Source: Bugula neritina
Lineage: Eukaryota; Animalia; Bryozoa
DNA length: 64,000 bases
Assembly: GCA_964035545.1 (NCBI GenBank)
Contig: OZ037771.1
Location: 14,197,133-14,261,132 of the forward strand
Direction of reading: 5' to 3'
This document shows, one piece after another, positions 28,632 to 39,772 of this stretch; position 1 is the first letter of the stretch, and the number at the start of each line of letters is the position of its first letter. The translations under genes were made by a program, and so were the position numbers. The notes below the pieces were generated by a model. The model was not told the DNA's origin. It searched no databases and saw only the letters and a program-made list of their open reading frames with translations.

Positions 28632-31600
28632 ATGATGTTCATATCTATACTTCTGGTCCTAATTGTTGAAGCTAGCGTGAGTCTGAGTGTTTCTGACACA
28701 CCTTCTTGTCCGCAGTTGGGATGTGATGGTGCTGGTACGTTTACTCAAGGTTAGTATTTTCATCATCCATATTTACAAACTTAGAAATATTTTTTGCTTG
28801 CTTAATGTCTTTAAGCAAATAACAACATTTATAATTTCACTAATTATATTATTCTAACAATAACATTGCATGAGAAGATGACTTCAAGGTACCAATTACC
28901 GGGGAAAGAGCGGCCAAGTGGGTACGGTATGACTCATTTGCATCTCCGATGAACCCTCAGATAATAAACTATGGTTGTGTTGGAAACTCCAAACTCTTAG
29001 TGTGCCCACACCAACAAGATGGAGAAGCTGTGTGAGTTGATATCACTCAATGTGCACTGTATAACCTATAAGAAATCATTTAAATGTTTTTTATTTGTAA
29101 GAGCGTTTAGACAATCAAGGAAATATTACTTTTCACTTGTATTGATGATTATTAAAATGCTTAAAGCCTAACATTAAGGGAGCTAGCAAGTTGAAGCAGT
29201 TGTAAGATGCTTTTGGTTATAGGAATCTATATGAAAAGTCATAATAGAAAAGGTCTATAATCTATATTTTAGTTTCAAGATGCACAATATATTTTTTGTA
29301 AATGAGTGTTTAATTTTTATAATTTGTTATTTTACAACTTAAACAATATCAATTTAGTCTTCAATTTCAAAATTGTAGACATCTAATGTTGAACTCAGAC
29401 ACCGGAGTGGAGTACGATACGGCAGGATATGACACGTTACGTAATGTCAGCATGCCAATTCTGACTAAAGATAATCTTGTGTTTGCTGTCAATGGTTCAC
29501 ACGCTTCTCTGGTTGATCCCATAAACAATGACTCATACATTACCAAACTACCCATGGAAAATCCCCAAGGAGTTCATAGGTGAGGAGTTGTCTCTCTTTA
29601 TGTTACTCTACTGAAAACCTAGTCAGGTGATTAGTAATGTTTCTGTCGCAATTAAACTTATCAACTTATAAATAATATTAAAATAATTGCTAGATGCAGC
29701 ACAAAGTTTGGAGTTTGGTGGGGTTTGATCTTTAGGGTTGGGTGACAAGCTTGGTCTACTGCACTCAATGACTTCAAGCTGTGTGCTGCATTTAGAGATT
29801 TCATAATGTCAACCATGTTTTAGTCTTCTTTTAGATCAGCAACTATTTAAAGTTTCATTGTAATAATAATAAACCTTAACTGATAATAATATGGTTTATT
29901 ATCTTGCATATAAAAATAAATGACACGTGTGACATTTGGTCACTATGAGAAGCAGTAAGCTGTAATATTGTTATGATTTTCAGATTTAGGGTTGATATGC
30001 TATCCAGAGAGTCTAATTACTTGCTATAGAACTGCACCAGGATAAGTCGAGTGAACGAGTATATATTTTACACACAATAATACATTATAAAACGATACAA
30101 ATACATCTGACAATTTACACATCTAGTCTATTCAGCACTCTAACTTCGACTGAGTTAGCAGGGGGAAACTATAATTTCTGCTAACTATTAAACACGCTAA
30201 TTGGCTATCCATTGTTCCGGGTCAATTACGCGACCCTACATGTTGTGCTGCTGGTAGCTCCACGAGCCACCACACCGCCCCCACCAGCAGAAAGCCCTCT
30301 TTCTGATATAAAAAAAAATGTTCATTATTAACCACATACATCAGTAGACCAAAATAATACATAACACATAATATAAAGATACATAATAACAGACAGAGTC
30401 ATTATAACAGCCAGTTACATACAATTGCCCAGCTATAGAGGAAGAATACCGGCTAGCTGTGGTGTTAGACAAGGAGTAGGCCTGTCGAGCAGTCAAGCAT
30501 TTACATGACCTTCTTGGGTCTCCCAAGAGGACGAAGTTGTGGATTATTCCGGGTAGCAGAATTAGAGTCATTGTTGGGCACGCCGGTGCTTGGCTTGGCA
30601 GGTACGTAGTTTCCATTTAATCCAGCTTACTGATCCTTTTAGTTGGAAGAGCCCCGTCGTAGTATTAAGTAGATCCGGTGCTAACTGGGTAAATTCTTCT
30701 TGTAGTCGGAGGAGGCGTTCCTCTACTGTGGCCAGGCGAACTGGGTCTGGGGACGATGTCCGTCTGCGGCGCAGAGGGGGACTGGGAGACCTGGTTCGTC
30801 TCTTCATCGGGGTAGGGGAGACCTCTCCTTCTTCTGGATAGGCAAACTCGTCGGGGGTGTACACCATCTGAGGGCGGTCAGATACCAATGGGGATTGTTG
30901 TCTGGCATAGTCTAATACGCGTTGGAAACCCGAAGTCAGAACGGCCAACAACATTGCCTTCTTTACTAGGGGTCGTATCAGGGTGAGGAATTCCGGATAG
31001 AGCTTGGCATCGACCACATAATTCTCTCCAGAGAAACAGCCCGCCGCTCGATGTCTGGTGACGGGGTAGGGGTAAACATCATTGTATCCACAGGGGCAGA
31101 ATGTGAGTAGGAGATGGGCGTTGACATGTAGCTTCAAGGAGCGGTGAGAGGCACATTCTTCGCCACAAATCTGGCATCGCGTCCGTCTTCTGGACCCCCA
31201 GGCCGTTTCTATTTCCTCCTCTGTTTCTGGAGACACCCACCGCCAACGGCGGCGTAGTGGCTCGGGCCGGTCACCATTGGCATACTCCTCAGGATGCGGA
31301 GCGGGAAGTGCTCTATCCCGTACCCTGGTTGTAGCGGGTCGAGTGTAATCTGAAAAAGTTTCAACAGTGTTAATACAGTACACTGCCGTGTTGTCAGCTT
31401 GAATAGCTTGGCAACTACTCATTCAGTTACCTCGTAGACATTTATGGTAGTGAATAGTCAGATAGAACACGTATTGCAATGAGATTATAAAAATCTCTAA
31501 GTCAAACTGAGTTTTTACTACGGTATTTCACTAACCTATCTCCAGCTCGATTGACTCAGTGAGTCGGAGCTGAGCGATGCAATCTAGTTTCATATTAAGA

Positions 31601-34600
31601 TATAGTTAACTCACCCCACGATCTGTTGTCGTAAGACATACTGAATGTGTGAAATGGTTTGAACTACTGCTTAGAAACACGTCTACTCCTGACTGCATCA
31701 GCGTATGAAAAGATCGAGCAACGTGGTTGGGGTGCGTGATTAAGACTTTGTGCACCCGGCGGATGAATTTTGTTTCTATTTCTGCCGATACAAAAGTTGA
31801 TATTTTCGTGGTGTTGACAACTTCCACATTTGCTCGATACTTTTCTCGTACGGTTTTCCCCTAGACTTTCATACGCGCCGCTACTAACGCAGTCGCATAC
31901 GAAGTCCTTCAAGTATGCATGGGGTTGCCTCGTACGCTGCCCCCTTTCTAGGGGGGGGTGACACGCTCGCCGGTTCGTTAGTAGGGGCCTCTAATGGCGT
32001 CTCTACTTCACCGTTAGCGGTCGCCTCTTCTTGTTCTCCGGATGGAGCCCCTCCCTCCGTGGGGGTTTGCACTTCCGGAACCGGCTCGGTTTCAGGAAGT
32101 GATGGAATTAGACTTGGCGGTGGCGGACACGCTTCCGTTGGCAAAAGCTGTCGCTCCTCTCTCACCAAGTTTTCTTCCCGCGGTATGACCACTTCGTATT
32201 CAGGTCCATGCCGCCGTCGCCGCGCGTTGTTGTCTGCCTCCTGGGCTCCAACAACGGGGGGGCTTCTCCCACTGCGTCGGGGCTAACCCAATACGGTTTC
32301 AAGCAAGACTCATTCTGGATAGACACCTGTCCTGAGCGCTCAATCTTGTACCTATGATTGGGCATAGCCTCGACGATCACGTAGGGTCCTACGAACTTAG
32401 GCTTTAGTTTATCAGCCTGTCTGCGACGCCTACGGTAATTGACCATCCACACCTTATCTCCCGTTTGGTAGAGAGGTGGTTCATCGGAATCTTCATGCCG
32501 CACCTTCCACTGCTGTTCGCGCAGTATATCGTGTGCGGCCTTCATCCGTTCCACTAGTTCACTGGCATACTCGTGAACCGAGTTGTCTTGCTCTGGAACG
32601 TGGTAGGTAAGATGGTCAGGGACACGAGTCTTTCTCCCGAGCATCAAGAGGTTTGGGGTCTCACCAGTACTGGTGTGTGGGGTGCTACGGTATGCACGCA
32701 TGACTTGCGGCAACACCGTATCCCATTCCTCTTGGCCTCGTCCAAGGAGGAGACTCCGGAGCGCATCACCTAGCATCCGGTTGTTGCGCTCCACCACCCC
32801 GTTACCTTGAGGGTGGTAGGGGGTGGTCCGGCTCTGATTTACTCCCCAGAAGTGGCAAAGGTCGCACATCAGTTGAGACTGAAATTGAGCGCCTTGATCA
32901 GAGTGTGTCTGTTCGGGGAGACCAAAATAACAGAATACATGTTGGTCTAGTGCCCTGGCCACTGTTGGGGCTGACGCATCTGGGATAGCCAGAGCATCCG
33001 CCCACCTAGTAAAGTGGTCGGTTAGTACTAAGGTCCAACTATTGCCTCTGGGGGTCAGGGGCATGGGTCCGACCAGGTCTACAGCGACTACTTGCCAGGG
33101 CCTTCCAGCATATAGCCTCCGCCGTCCTGCTTCACCAGGGGGGCGGCTATGCTTATTGGCCTGGCAGATCTCACACTGTTTGACTCTGAGCCGGACGTCA
33201 CGCTCCATTTGTGGCCAATACCATCGGAGTCGTAATTTGGATATCACTCTCTTGACCCCTGCGTGGGCCTGTTTGTGAGTATCCCAAATCAACTCACGGC
33301 GGATGGCAGTGGGGCAGACTACCCTCTTCCTCTCCGGGTGTCTGCCGCTGGCGGCTAGAGAGATGGTTAGTAACCCATCCTGCCCGATCCGCAGCGAGTC
33401 CCAACGCTGACAGTATAGCCACTCAGCAAGTCTAACGTACTGAAGTACTTGCTGCCGGCTAGAGCGTCCAACAACTCGTCAATACGAGGTAGAGGGTAGG
33501 CGTCCTGTATGGTTACGCTATTGAGTTTGCGGTAATCCACACAGAACCGCCAACTGCCGTCTTCCTTCCGGACCAGCACGACCGGCGAGCTCCACGCACT
33601 ATGGGCGGGCTCTATCAATCTCCGGTCCAGAAGATCCCGTACTTGTCGGCTAACCTCCTTCTCTTTCTCCGGCCCCAGTCTGCGTGTTGGCTGCCGGACA
33701 GGGACTGTCCCTGCAGTCAGCGGTATTTCGTGTCTGACAATTTCAGTCAGTCCCACGTCATGATCTCCGCTGCTGAACACATCAGCGTAGTTGCGTAGTA
33801 ACTTCGCCATAACTTGGCGTTCTTTGTTACTCGCGCAGCCGCTACAGGCTGTGTCATACAACTCCCGGAGATGTGCTGGGACTGTCCCTCGCCCTTGAGT
33901 AGGGCACTGAGGGAGTGCCTCTGTCGCATCACCCAGCGACGGGCCTACGTCCTCCTCCTGAACAGAGTAAAAACGGCCCAGCATCGACCCAGCCGGAAGC
34001 TTGACAGACTCGGTAAAGGGGTTGACGCACTGCACTAAGATCTCCCCTTGCTCAGTCAGCTGATTCAGACTGCTGGCAAGTTGGATCTTTTCGTGCGCGC
34101 CTTCAACTACCCCGAGTCCAGAGATCCGGCTATTGTTCACCCTGCAGTGAATGGTAGCCCGGGCGCGGCCTGGTATGGTACGGTTGCGTACCACTTGCAC
34201 ACCTCCCACTAAAGGGCGGCCGAACTTGTCGACGCAGGCGAGTTCTCGCCCGGACATCATCATCGCAGATTTGCTAAAATCGATGTGACATCCGTGCCGT
34301 TTTAGGAACGGCATCCCGAGGATGGCGTCCTCCTTGAGCTGACTGACGATGAACGTCTCTTGGATTGTTTGATTACGGACTCGTCCCGTCAGCTCAATTA
34401 TACCATAGAAGGGAAGGCACGACCCGTCAGCTAGGGTGCCGTACTCCCCTTCGTATGATTCCATCTCGCCCCTGACCCTAGCACTGAGGGTATCGAAGAA
34501 TTGGCGGCTCAAGAGGTTCGTGGTACAGCCCGAATCAATGAGGAAAGTAACAGCTTTGCCTTCCAGTTTACCGGGCAAGAAATAGCTGTTCCCATGGGGC

Positions 34601-37600
34601 TGCACCTGAACTCTCCCTTCAGGCCTTACTTTCGCAGGGAGTACCTCCCTCGCTTTGGGTCGCGAAGGAGGTCTCTTGGGGCGGTGGTAAGTAGGCCTCG
34701 GGGGTGCCGAGGCTAGATTCCCAGCTACTTTTGTGGGCTCCCATCCAGACTCTTGGGCTTGTAGCCCTGCGAATCTGTTGTGAAGGGGCATGGAAAAGGT
34801 AGCGGCGGGGCGGAGCCCCTTGCTGGTCCGTCGTGGCTGTTGCCACGGTTGGTTACCAGTACGCGGTACCCGTCTGGGTGACCTGCGTTTCTTCTTCCCT
34901 GGAGGTTTCATCGTCGGCCCACAGGAGGTGGGAACATCTGCGGGCCACGGTAGTTTAACCCCTGATTTAGGAAGGGACAGTATCGGCGGAAATGTCCTTG
35001 ATTTCCGCACTCCCAGCAAAAACTGACTGTTTCTCCCTGTGGCGGCGCCGGTGGCCGTATGGGCTCAGTGGCGGTACCTACTGGGGTTTGGGGTGTCAGT
35101 GTTGCTATCAGTTTGGCCAGCATGTCTGTCAGTTGAGTGACTTTCAATGCCGTCGCCAGCTGGGACACGGCAGCCGCGGCGGGGGTTTCCTCCCCTTGCT
35201 CCGTGGCCGTGTCCGCGCGGTCTACCTCCACTTGACGGGAGCTCCCGCGACTTTTATGCATTTGATTAGCTAGGAGGTAAGCTTCCCCCTCAGTCAGAGC
35301 ATCTTCAACGGTGGTGACTCCCCTAGCTAGAAACTGGTGGTGGAGACCCAAATCGTCGACAGATGCTATGAAAGCGTCGAGGGTATACCTCTCGCGGTTG
35401 ACTGGGGGCAAGTCGCTGTATGCGAACTGTGCCAGCTTCATGACCGCGGCGGCGTGCTCCCGCAGCGGGGTGTGGGGATCACGCCGCAACCTCTGCAATC
35501 GGGCCCTGGCATCTGTAGCAGAGAGGCCGAAGCGGGCCCGCAGAGAAGCAAAGATATTATCAATGTCTACGCCCAGCCCATAAGGCTTGGCTTTGTCCAT
35601 CAATGCCATTCTAAGCTTCAGCAAGGCCACCCTAGGGGGCCACTGGGCGACGTCCATTACGTCGCTAAACTCTTGGATAAATTGTTCCACCTCCTCTTCG
35701 CCCGTGAAGGTGGGCGCCTTTAACCGGTAGCGGTCTTCAGTTAGTTCTCGCGGAACCCTTCGCTCTTCTACTACATGGTTAACAGGCATTGTCTCTACAG
35801 CATTGTCTCTACGCTCACCTTCTACTGCCGGTGGTTGCGTTCCAGCATTTTCAGTCTCCATCTTGGATGCACTATCCCACCGCTGCCACCACTGTTATGA
35901 TTTTCAGATTTAGGGTTGATATGCTATCCAGAGAGTCTAATTACTTGCTATAGAACTGCACCAGGATAAGTCGAGTGAACGAGTATATATTTTACACACA
36001 ATAATACATTATAAAACGATACAAATACATCTGACAATTTACACATCTAGTCTATTCAGCACTCTAACTTCGACTGAGTTAGCAGCGGGAAACTATAATT
36101 GCTGCTAACTATTAAACACGCTAATTGGCTATCCATTGTTCCGGGTCAATTACGCGACCCTACATGTTGTGCTGCTGGTAGCTCCACGAGCCACCACAAT
36201 ATGACTACAGATTAAAATGTTAACAGAAACAACGCGGTGCTAAATCTATACAGTTTGAAAGTCTAGTTGACAAATTCAGAAGTACGACTGCTATACTAGA
36301 TTTATTTCATCTGTATTTCTAATTATATTCTAGTCCAATCTACTTGCCGGAGCTCGACTTCTTTGTAATCTTTGGCAACTTCAGTACATCACATTCTATA
36401 TATAAGATTACTAAAGGAATAAATGGAATGGCTGGTAGGTAATTGATTTCCTGTTTTCTTACTATTTGTTTGATGTCAATTTATAAATTGTAATAGTGGA
36501 ATAATATAAAAAGCTTCTAACATAAAAATCACGCTGAATTAATGAAAAACATTGCATTTTTGAGTTTTTTTTAAGAAAAGCATTTTGATTTGAATTTTAC
36601 AGAGCTTGACCTTTTGACAACCTTCACAGTAGAGAAAGAAGGTAAACAGTGCCCATGGCTACCAATGACCGAAGTGACCACCAATGGGAATAGAGCTTAC
36701 TTCTACGCCTATCAAATAAATGTAAGTATATAAGGCAGCGCTGGCAGCATATAAGGCAGCATACATTTTATTGACAGTGAACATGTTTTAGGCCATTGAG
36801 CAATAAATAGCACATGGAATAGTCACTGAATCAATTTTAATTGATGATAATTGCATGACTATAAAGTTAGAAATACAACAAATAATTTCATAAAGCTTCC
36901 ATAAAAGACTAAATAATGTACTATTATTTTACCAATTAGCATCATGTGTATCAGATATTATTTCATCAGTTTGTAGAGTAAATCAGCATACATATTAGTC
37001 TCACAAAGGTTTTGGTTTAGGCCATGAGATTATATTGCAACATGTAATATACTATAACACGTAGGGCACTGTAACATATAGCGTACTGTACTGTAAGATA
37101 TTATACTGTAACATACTACAGGAGATAGATGGTATAGTGGCCGTTGAGTTTATGGAGGATCACCCTTACTACACGAAGATCTGGGAAGTCTCGGATGAAG
37201 AGGGATCTCAGGTTCTAGTGAGCAGCAGACGTCATGGCGTGAGGGCAGATGATAACTGCACTGTCATCCCTCAAATTGACCCAGACTATTCAATATTTCC
37301 ACCAAGTAAGCCTCCACTACGTAGTAATATAAAATAATCGACATTGTACGAAATAAAATGCTGGTGCAGCATTTGATGACATAATAATCGGAATTCCCGA
37401 CGCTACTACATAAGTATTATCTATTGGTATTTCCACTATACTGCATATTATCTCACTGAAATATACAGGACTACTAGTCTACTACAATCAGTAATGTTTA
37501 GTTATATCATGCTATCAGTTCTCAATTCACTAACACAACCCCCTAATGCACTACACAATTATTATAAAACTATTTTAAAATAATTGCACAAAATCAGCTA

Positions 37601-39772
37601 AAAAGCAGCAACTGACCAGTTCACATCCATAAACTTTGATTACTTTCCCCCAAAACATTGGGCATAGCATGTAGTAGGATTAGCATATAAAAATTACTAG
37701 CCTAATACTAAACTTTTGTTTCTAAATAGTCTGCTTTTAGTGAGTATATTGCCACCTTAGATAGTACTGCATTTTTCTAAAAGTATTCTGCCAGTCAGTC
37801 AATAAGCACCATTCAGTTGTGAACTGGGAAACATTAACTTCTGTCATTGTGTTCACACAGTTGACCTGAATACTCAGATGTTAGCTACTTCGGATGGTTA
37901 CGTGGTGGTGACAACTCCAGTAGGACTGCTGACTATGCAAGATCATGGTGACAGTGGAGAGCAGGTAGCCATCTCTCTATTTGGTGAGTCATGTGCTGAG
38001 AATGCCCACAGCATAATTAATTTTTGACGCAATCTAGTTTAACAAGCTGTTTGTCTGTTCTTAAAACTACAGAAGATGTTGACAGTTGAATCTTGTACAT
38101 TCTCATATTCTGGAAGTTTTTTTCTGATGGCCTAAAATCTTTTAAAATTATGTATCTAAAATCGTTCTGTTTTAAAAAATGTTAACCAATAATGAAAAAT
38201 TTTCGTTAAAAATTTATGTTTACATGTTGCTAGGCGCCCATTACATCTCATTGGACAAGCCTGCAGATGAAGAGAAGAGACCACCAATTGTTTGGATGTC
38301 CGGTTGGTCGGTTTACCCACCCTTTAGGTAAAAACTAATTCTGTATACTTTGATTGAGTTAGTAAATGGGTTATTATAAGAAGTGTGTCTGGTTATGTGA
38401 GAGTTAGTCAAACTGAAAGTATTAGTTAGTGAGTCAGACTGAGAGTGTTAACTAGTGAGTGGTAGTTAGTGAGTCAGACTGAGAGTGTTAGATAGTGACT
38501 GGGAGTTAGTCAAACTGAGAGTATTAGTTAGTGAGTCAGACTGAGAGTGTTAACTAGTGACTGGAAGTTAGTCAAACTGCTAGCATTAACTAGTGAGTGA
38601 TAGTTAGTCAAATTGAGAGTGTTAACTAGTGACTGAGAGTGTTGAGTAGTGAATGAGACAGTATATATGTCAAACTTCTACATATATTGTTTAATCACAG
38701 GTCAATACAAAATCATGTGGACTAGTATAGTGCCAAAAGCCTTCCCCAGCTATACTGAAATAATTTTTCTACTATGATGTACTAGTAGTTTTCAAGTTAC
38801 AGGCAGTTCCTCATTGCATACAACTACACAGACTTGACGTCTGGGAACAGCATCTGGGCAATCAGTTTTACGGAATACCTTGGCATCAACGACCTCAACG
38901 TCACATCTCGTATCACGACTTTCCTAAACCCTGAGGATAAAAATAGCAAAGTTAGTCTGCACCATGATAGTCTGTATTTCATCACAAATATATTAGATTA
39001 TGCGTACACGTGTTGCTTATTTAATTATCAATTATTACTATTTTCAAAATGATATTATATATGTGCATTATAAACTCAAGCAAGTTTATAGTCGCTATCC
39101 CTGTGAGAAACCCTGATGGAAAGGTGTTTTATTAAAGCTGGCTAAGGACTTATTTAAATGAGGCACAGGAGCAATTATGACTGAATGCTCTTCCTAGCAT
39201 CACCAATGGCCTTTACTGGGGTTTGAACCCATGCCCTGGTGTTTACTAGGCAAATGCTTTAACCTCTAGACCACGGCTGTTCCCTTATACATGTACATTA
39301 TGTTGTGATGAAATTTATTTTTGCAGATTTTTAAAGTTTAAAATTTCTAAAAACATAGAAAAAAATTGATAAAATCATGGAGTTAAGATTTTAAAGGCAA
39401 AAGTTAATCTGTTGCATGCAAGCGTTATTTCATCTATTAGCTGAAAAATTATTGACTCGGTTTGGTAATAATTATGCCACATCTCCGCAGGTGCTTGTAT
39501 TTGGAGTGAGTGTCAACAACACCAACCTTAACAGTACATTCCAGCGTATGTACTGTCAGGGGTGTGATCTCGGTGTAAACCACCTGCTGATGGCTGTCAG
39601 GAGTGAGTACCAGAACAAGGCTACTCCCCACATCTACTGGATGGTCAAAACTACAATCTCCTCATCCTCGGACCCCACTTTCATGATGAGGGGACAAATC
39701 TTCGGCATAGCGGATAAACTTTATTATTACGCTGCCGGTGTCAGCAGCGGAGGTGTCGTAGCGATTCAATAG
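28632..39772 (+). CDS. Uncharacterised secreted protein of about 508 aa, beta-rich and possibly a propeller, 10 exons
   Basis: Exons 28632-28749, about 28875-29031 (acceptor uncertain), 29379-29579, 36334-36434, 36603-36721, 37122-37305, 37861-37983, 38234-38327, 38803-38950 and 39491-39772. Phases are consistent and there are no internal stops. Signal peptide MMFISILLVLIVEAS, then CPQLGCDGAG; many N-x-S/T sites; ends GGVVAIQ*. Confidence 0.72.
29969..30274 (-). repeat. 3' LTR
   Basis: Direct repeat of 35893-36198, preceded on the minus strand by the purine-rich tract ggtgggggcgg. Confidence 0.97.
30568..31422 (-). CDS. Gypsy accessory ORF3: C2H2-like zinc fingers, RS/SP-rich basic tract and C-terminal coiled coil; not Env-like
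   Basis: 284-aa ORF between pol and the PPT. Motifs CQICGEECASHRSLKLHVNAH, CPCGYNDVYPYPVTRH and KRRTRSPSPPLRRRRTSSP. A homologue at 2302-2603 diverges mostly at synonymous positions. Confidence 0.8.
   Translation of the reverse strand: MSSCQAIQADNTAVYCINTVETFSDYTRPATTRVRDRALPAPHPEEYANGDRPEPLRRRWRWVSPETEEEIETAWGSRRRTRCQICGEECASHRSLKLHVNAHLLLTFCPCGYNDVYPYPVTRHRAAGCFSGENYVVDAKLYPEFLTLIRPLVKKAMLLAVLTSGFQRVLDYARQQSPLVSDRPQMVYTPDEFAYPEEGEVSPTPMKRRTRSPSPPLRRRRTSSPDPVRLATVEERLLRLQEEFTQLAPDLLNTTTGLFQLKGSVSWIKWKLRTCQAKHRRAQQ
31664..33415 (-). pseudogene. Pol 3' part: integrase (HHCC, DDE, GPY) with two frameshifts in the Pro/Glu-rich tail
   Basis: THKQAHAG..CEIC, VAVDLVGP, HSDQG, VERNN and FVGPY. Frameshifts near 32220 and in the G-run near 31950-31958; removing them restores RTRQPHAYLKDFV. 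Confidence 0.9.
33367..34959 (-). pseudogene. pol: Pol 5' part (aspartic protease plus truncated RT), in the -1 frame relative to gag
   Basis: LIDSGC, then WSSPVVLV, WRFCVDYRKLN, YPLPRID and STLDLLSGY, followed by an abrupt out-of-frame fusion near 33415. No YxDD motif and no RNase H. Confidence 0.92.
34908..35861 (-). CDS. gag: Gypsy Gag, 317 aa, intact
   Basis: Capsid-like region APTFTGEEEVEQF and CCHC knuckle CWECGNQGHFRRYC. Confidence 0.9.
   Translation of the reverse strand: METENAGTQPPAVEGERRDNAVETMPVNHVVEERRVPRELTEDRYRLKAPTFTGEEEVEQFIQEFSDVMDVAQWPPRVALLKLRMALMDKAKPYGLGVDIDNIFASLRARFGLSATDARARLQRLRRDPHTPLREHAAAVMKLAQFAYSDLPPVNRERYTLDAFIASVDDLGLHHQFLARGVTTVEDALTEGEAYLLANQMHKSRGSSRQVEVDRADTATEQGEETPAAAAVSQLATALKVTQLTDMLAKLIATLTPQTPVGTATEPIRPPAPPQGETVSFCWECGNQGHFRRYCPFLNQGLNYRGPQMFPPPVGRR
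34916..34959 (-). promoter_or_regulatory. Predicted -1 programmed ribosomal frameshift signal between gag and pol
   Basis: G TTA AAC in the gag frame, a 6-nt spacer, then stem GGCCCGCAG/CTGTGGGCC. The same arrangement occurs in copy A at 867-910. Confidence 0.75.
35874..35891 (-). promoter_or_regulatory. Primer-binding site complementary to the 3' end of tRNA-Leu (AAG/TAG type)
   Basis: Minus strand TGGTGGCAGCGGTGGGAT, 1 nt after the LTR; complement of ...AUCCCACCGCUGCCACCA. Confidence 0.85.
35893..36198 (-). repeat. 5' LTR
   Basis: Direct repeat of 29969-30274, followed by the PBS. Confidence 0.97.
38398..38658. repeat. Minisatellite (gttagtcaaactgagagtattagttagtga-like units)
   Basis: Direct reading. 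Confidence 0.85.
39090..39288 (-). mobile_element. tRNA-derived SINE, family A
   Basis: Collinear with 15549-15756. Confidence 0.75.

Larger units (their letters stand above)
29969..36198 (-). mobile_element. Gypsy LTR retrotransposon (copy B) with complete ends, RT/RNase H deleted, and an extra ORF3
   Basis: 306-bp TG..CA LTRs at 29969-30274 and 35893-36198 (2 mismatches seen), 4-bp TSD ATAT (29965-29968 and 36199-36202), PBS, PPT, gag, protease, partial RT and integrase. Confidence 0.97.

Noticed and set aside
28677-28715. 39-nt GT-AG mini-intron in the first exon of the secreted-protein gene
   Set aside because: It is in frame, stop-free and encodes the first Cys of the C-x4-C motif, so it was treated as exon. 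RNA data are needed to exclude it.
30568-31422. ORF3 as an envelope gene
   Set aside because: No signal peptide, fusion-peptide arrangement or C-terminal transmembrane anchor.
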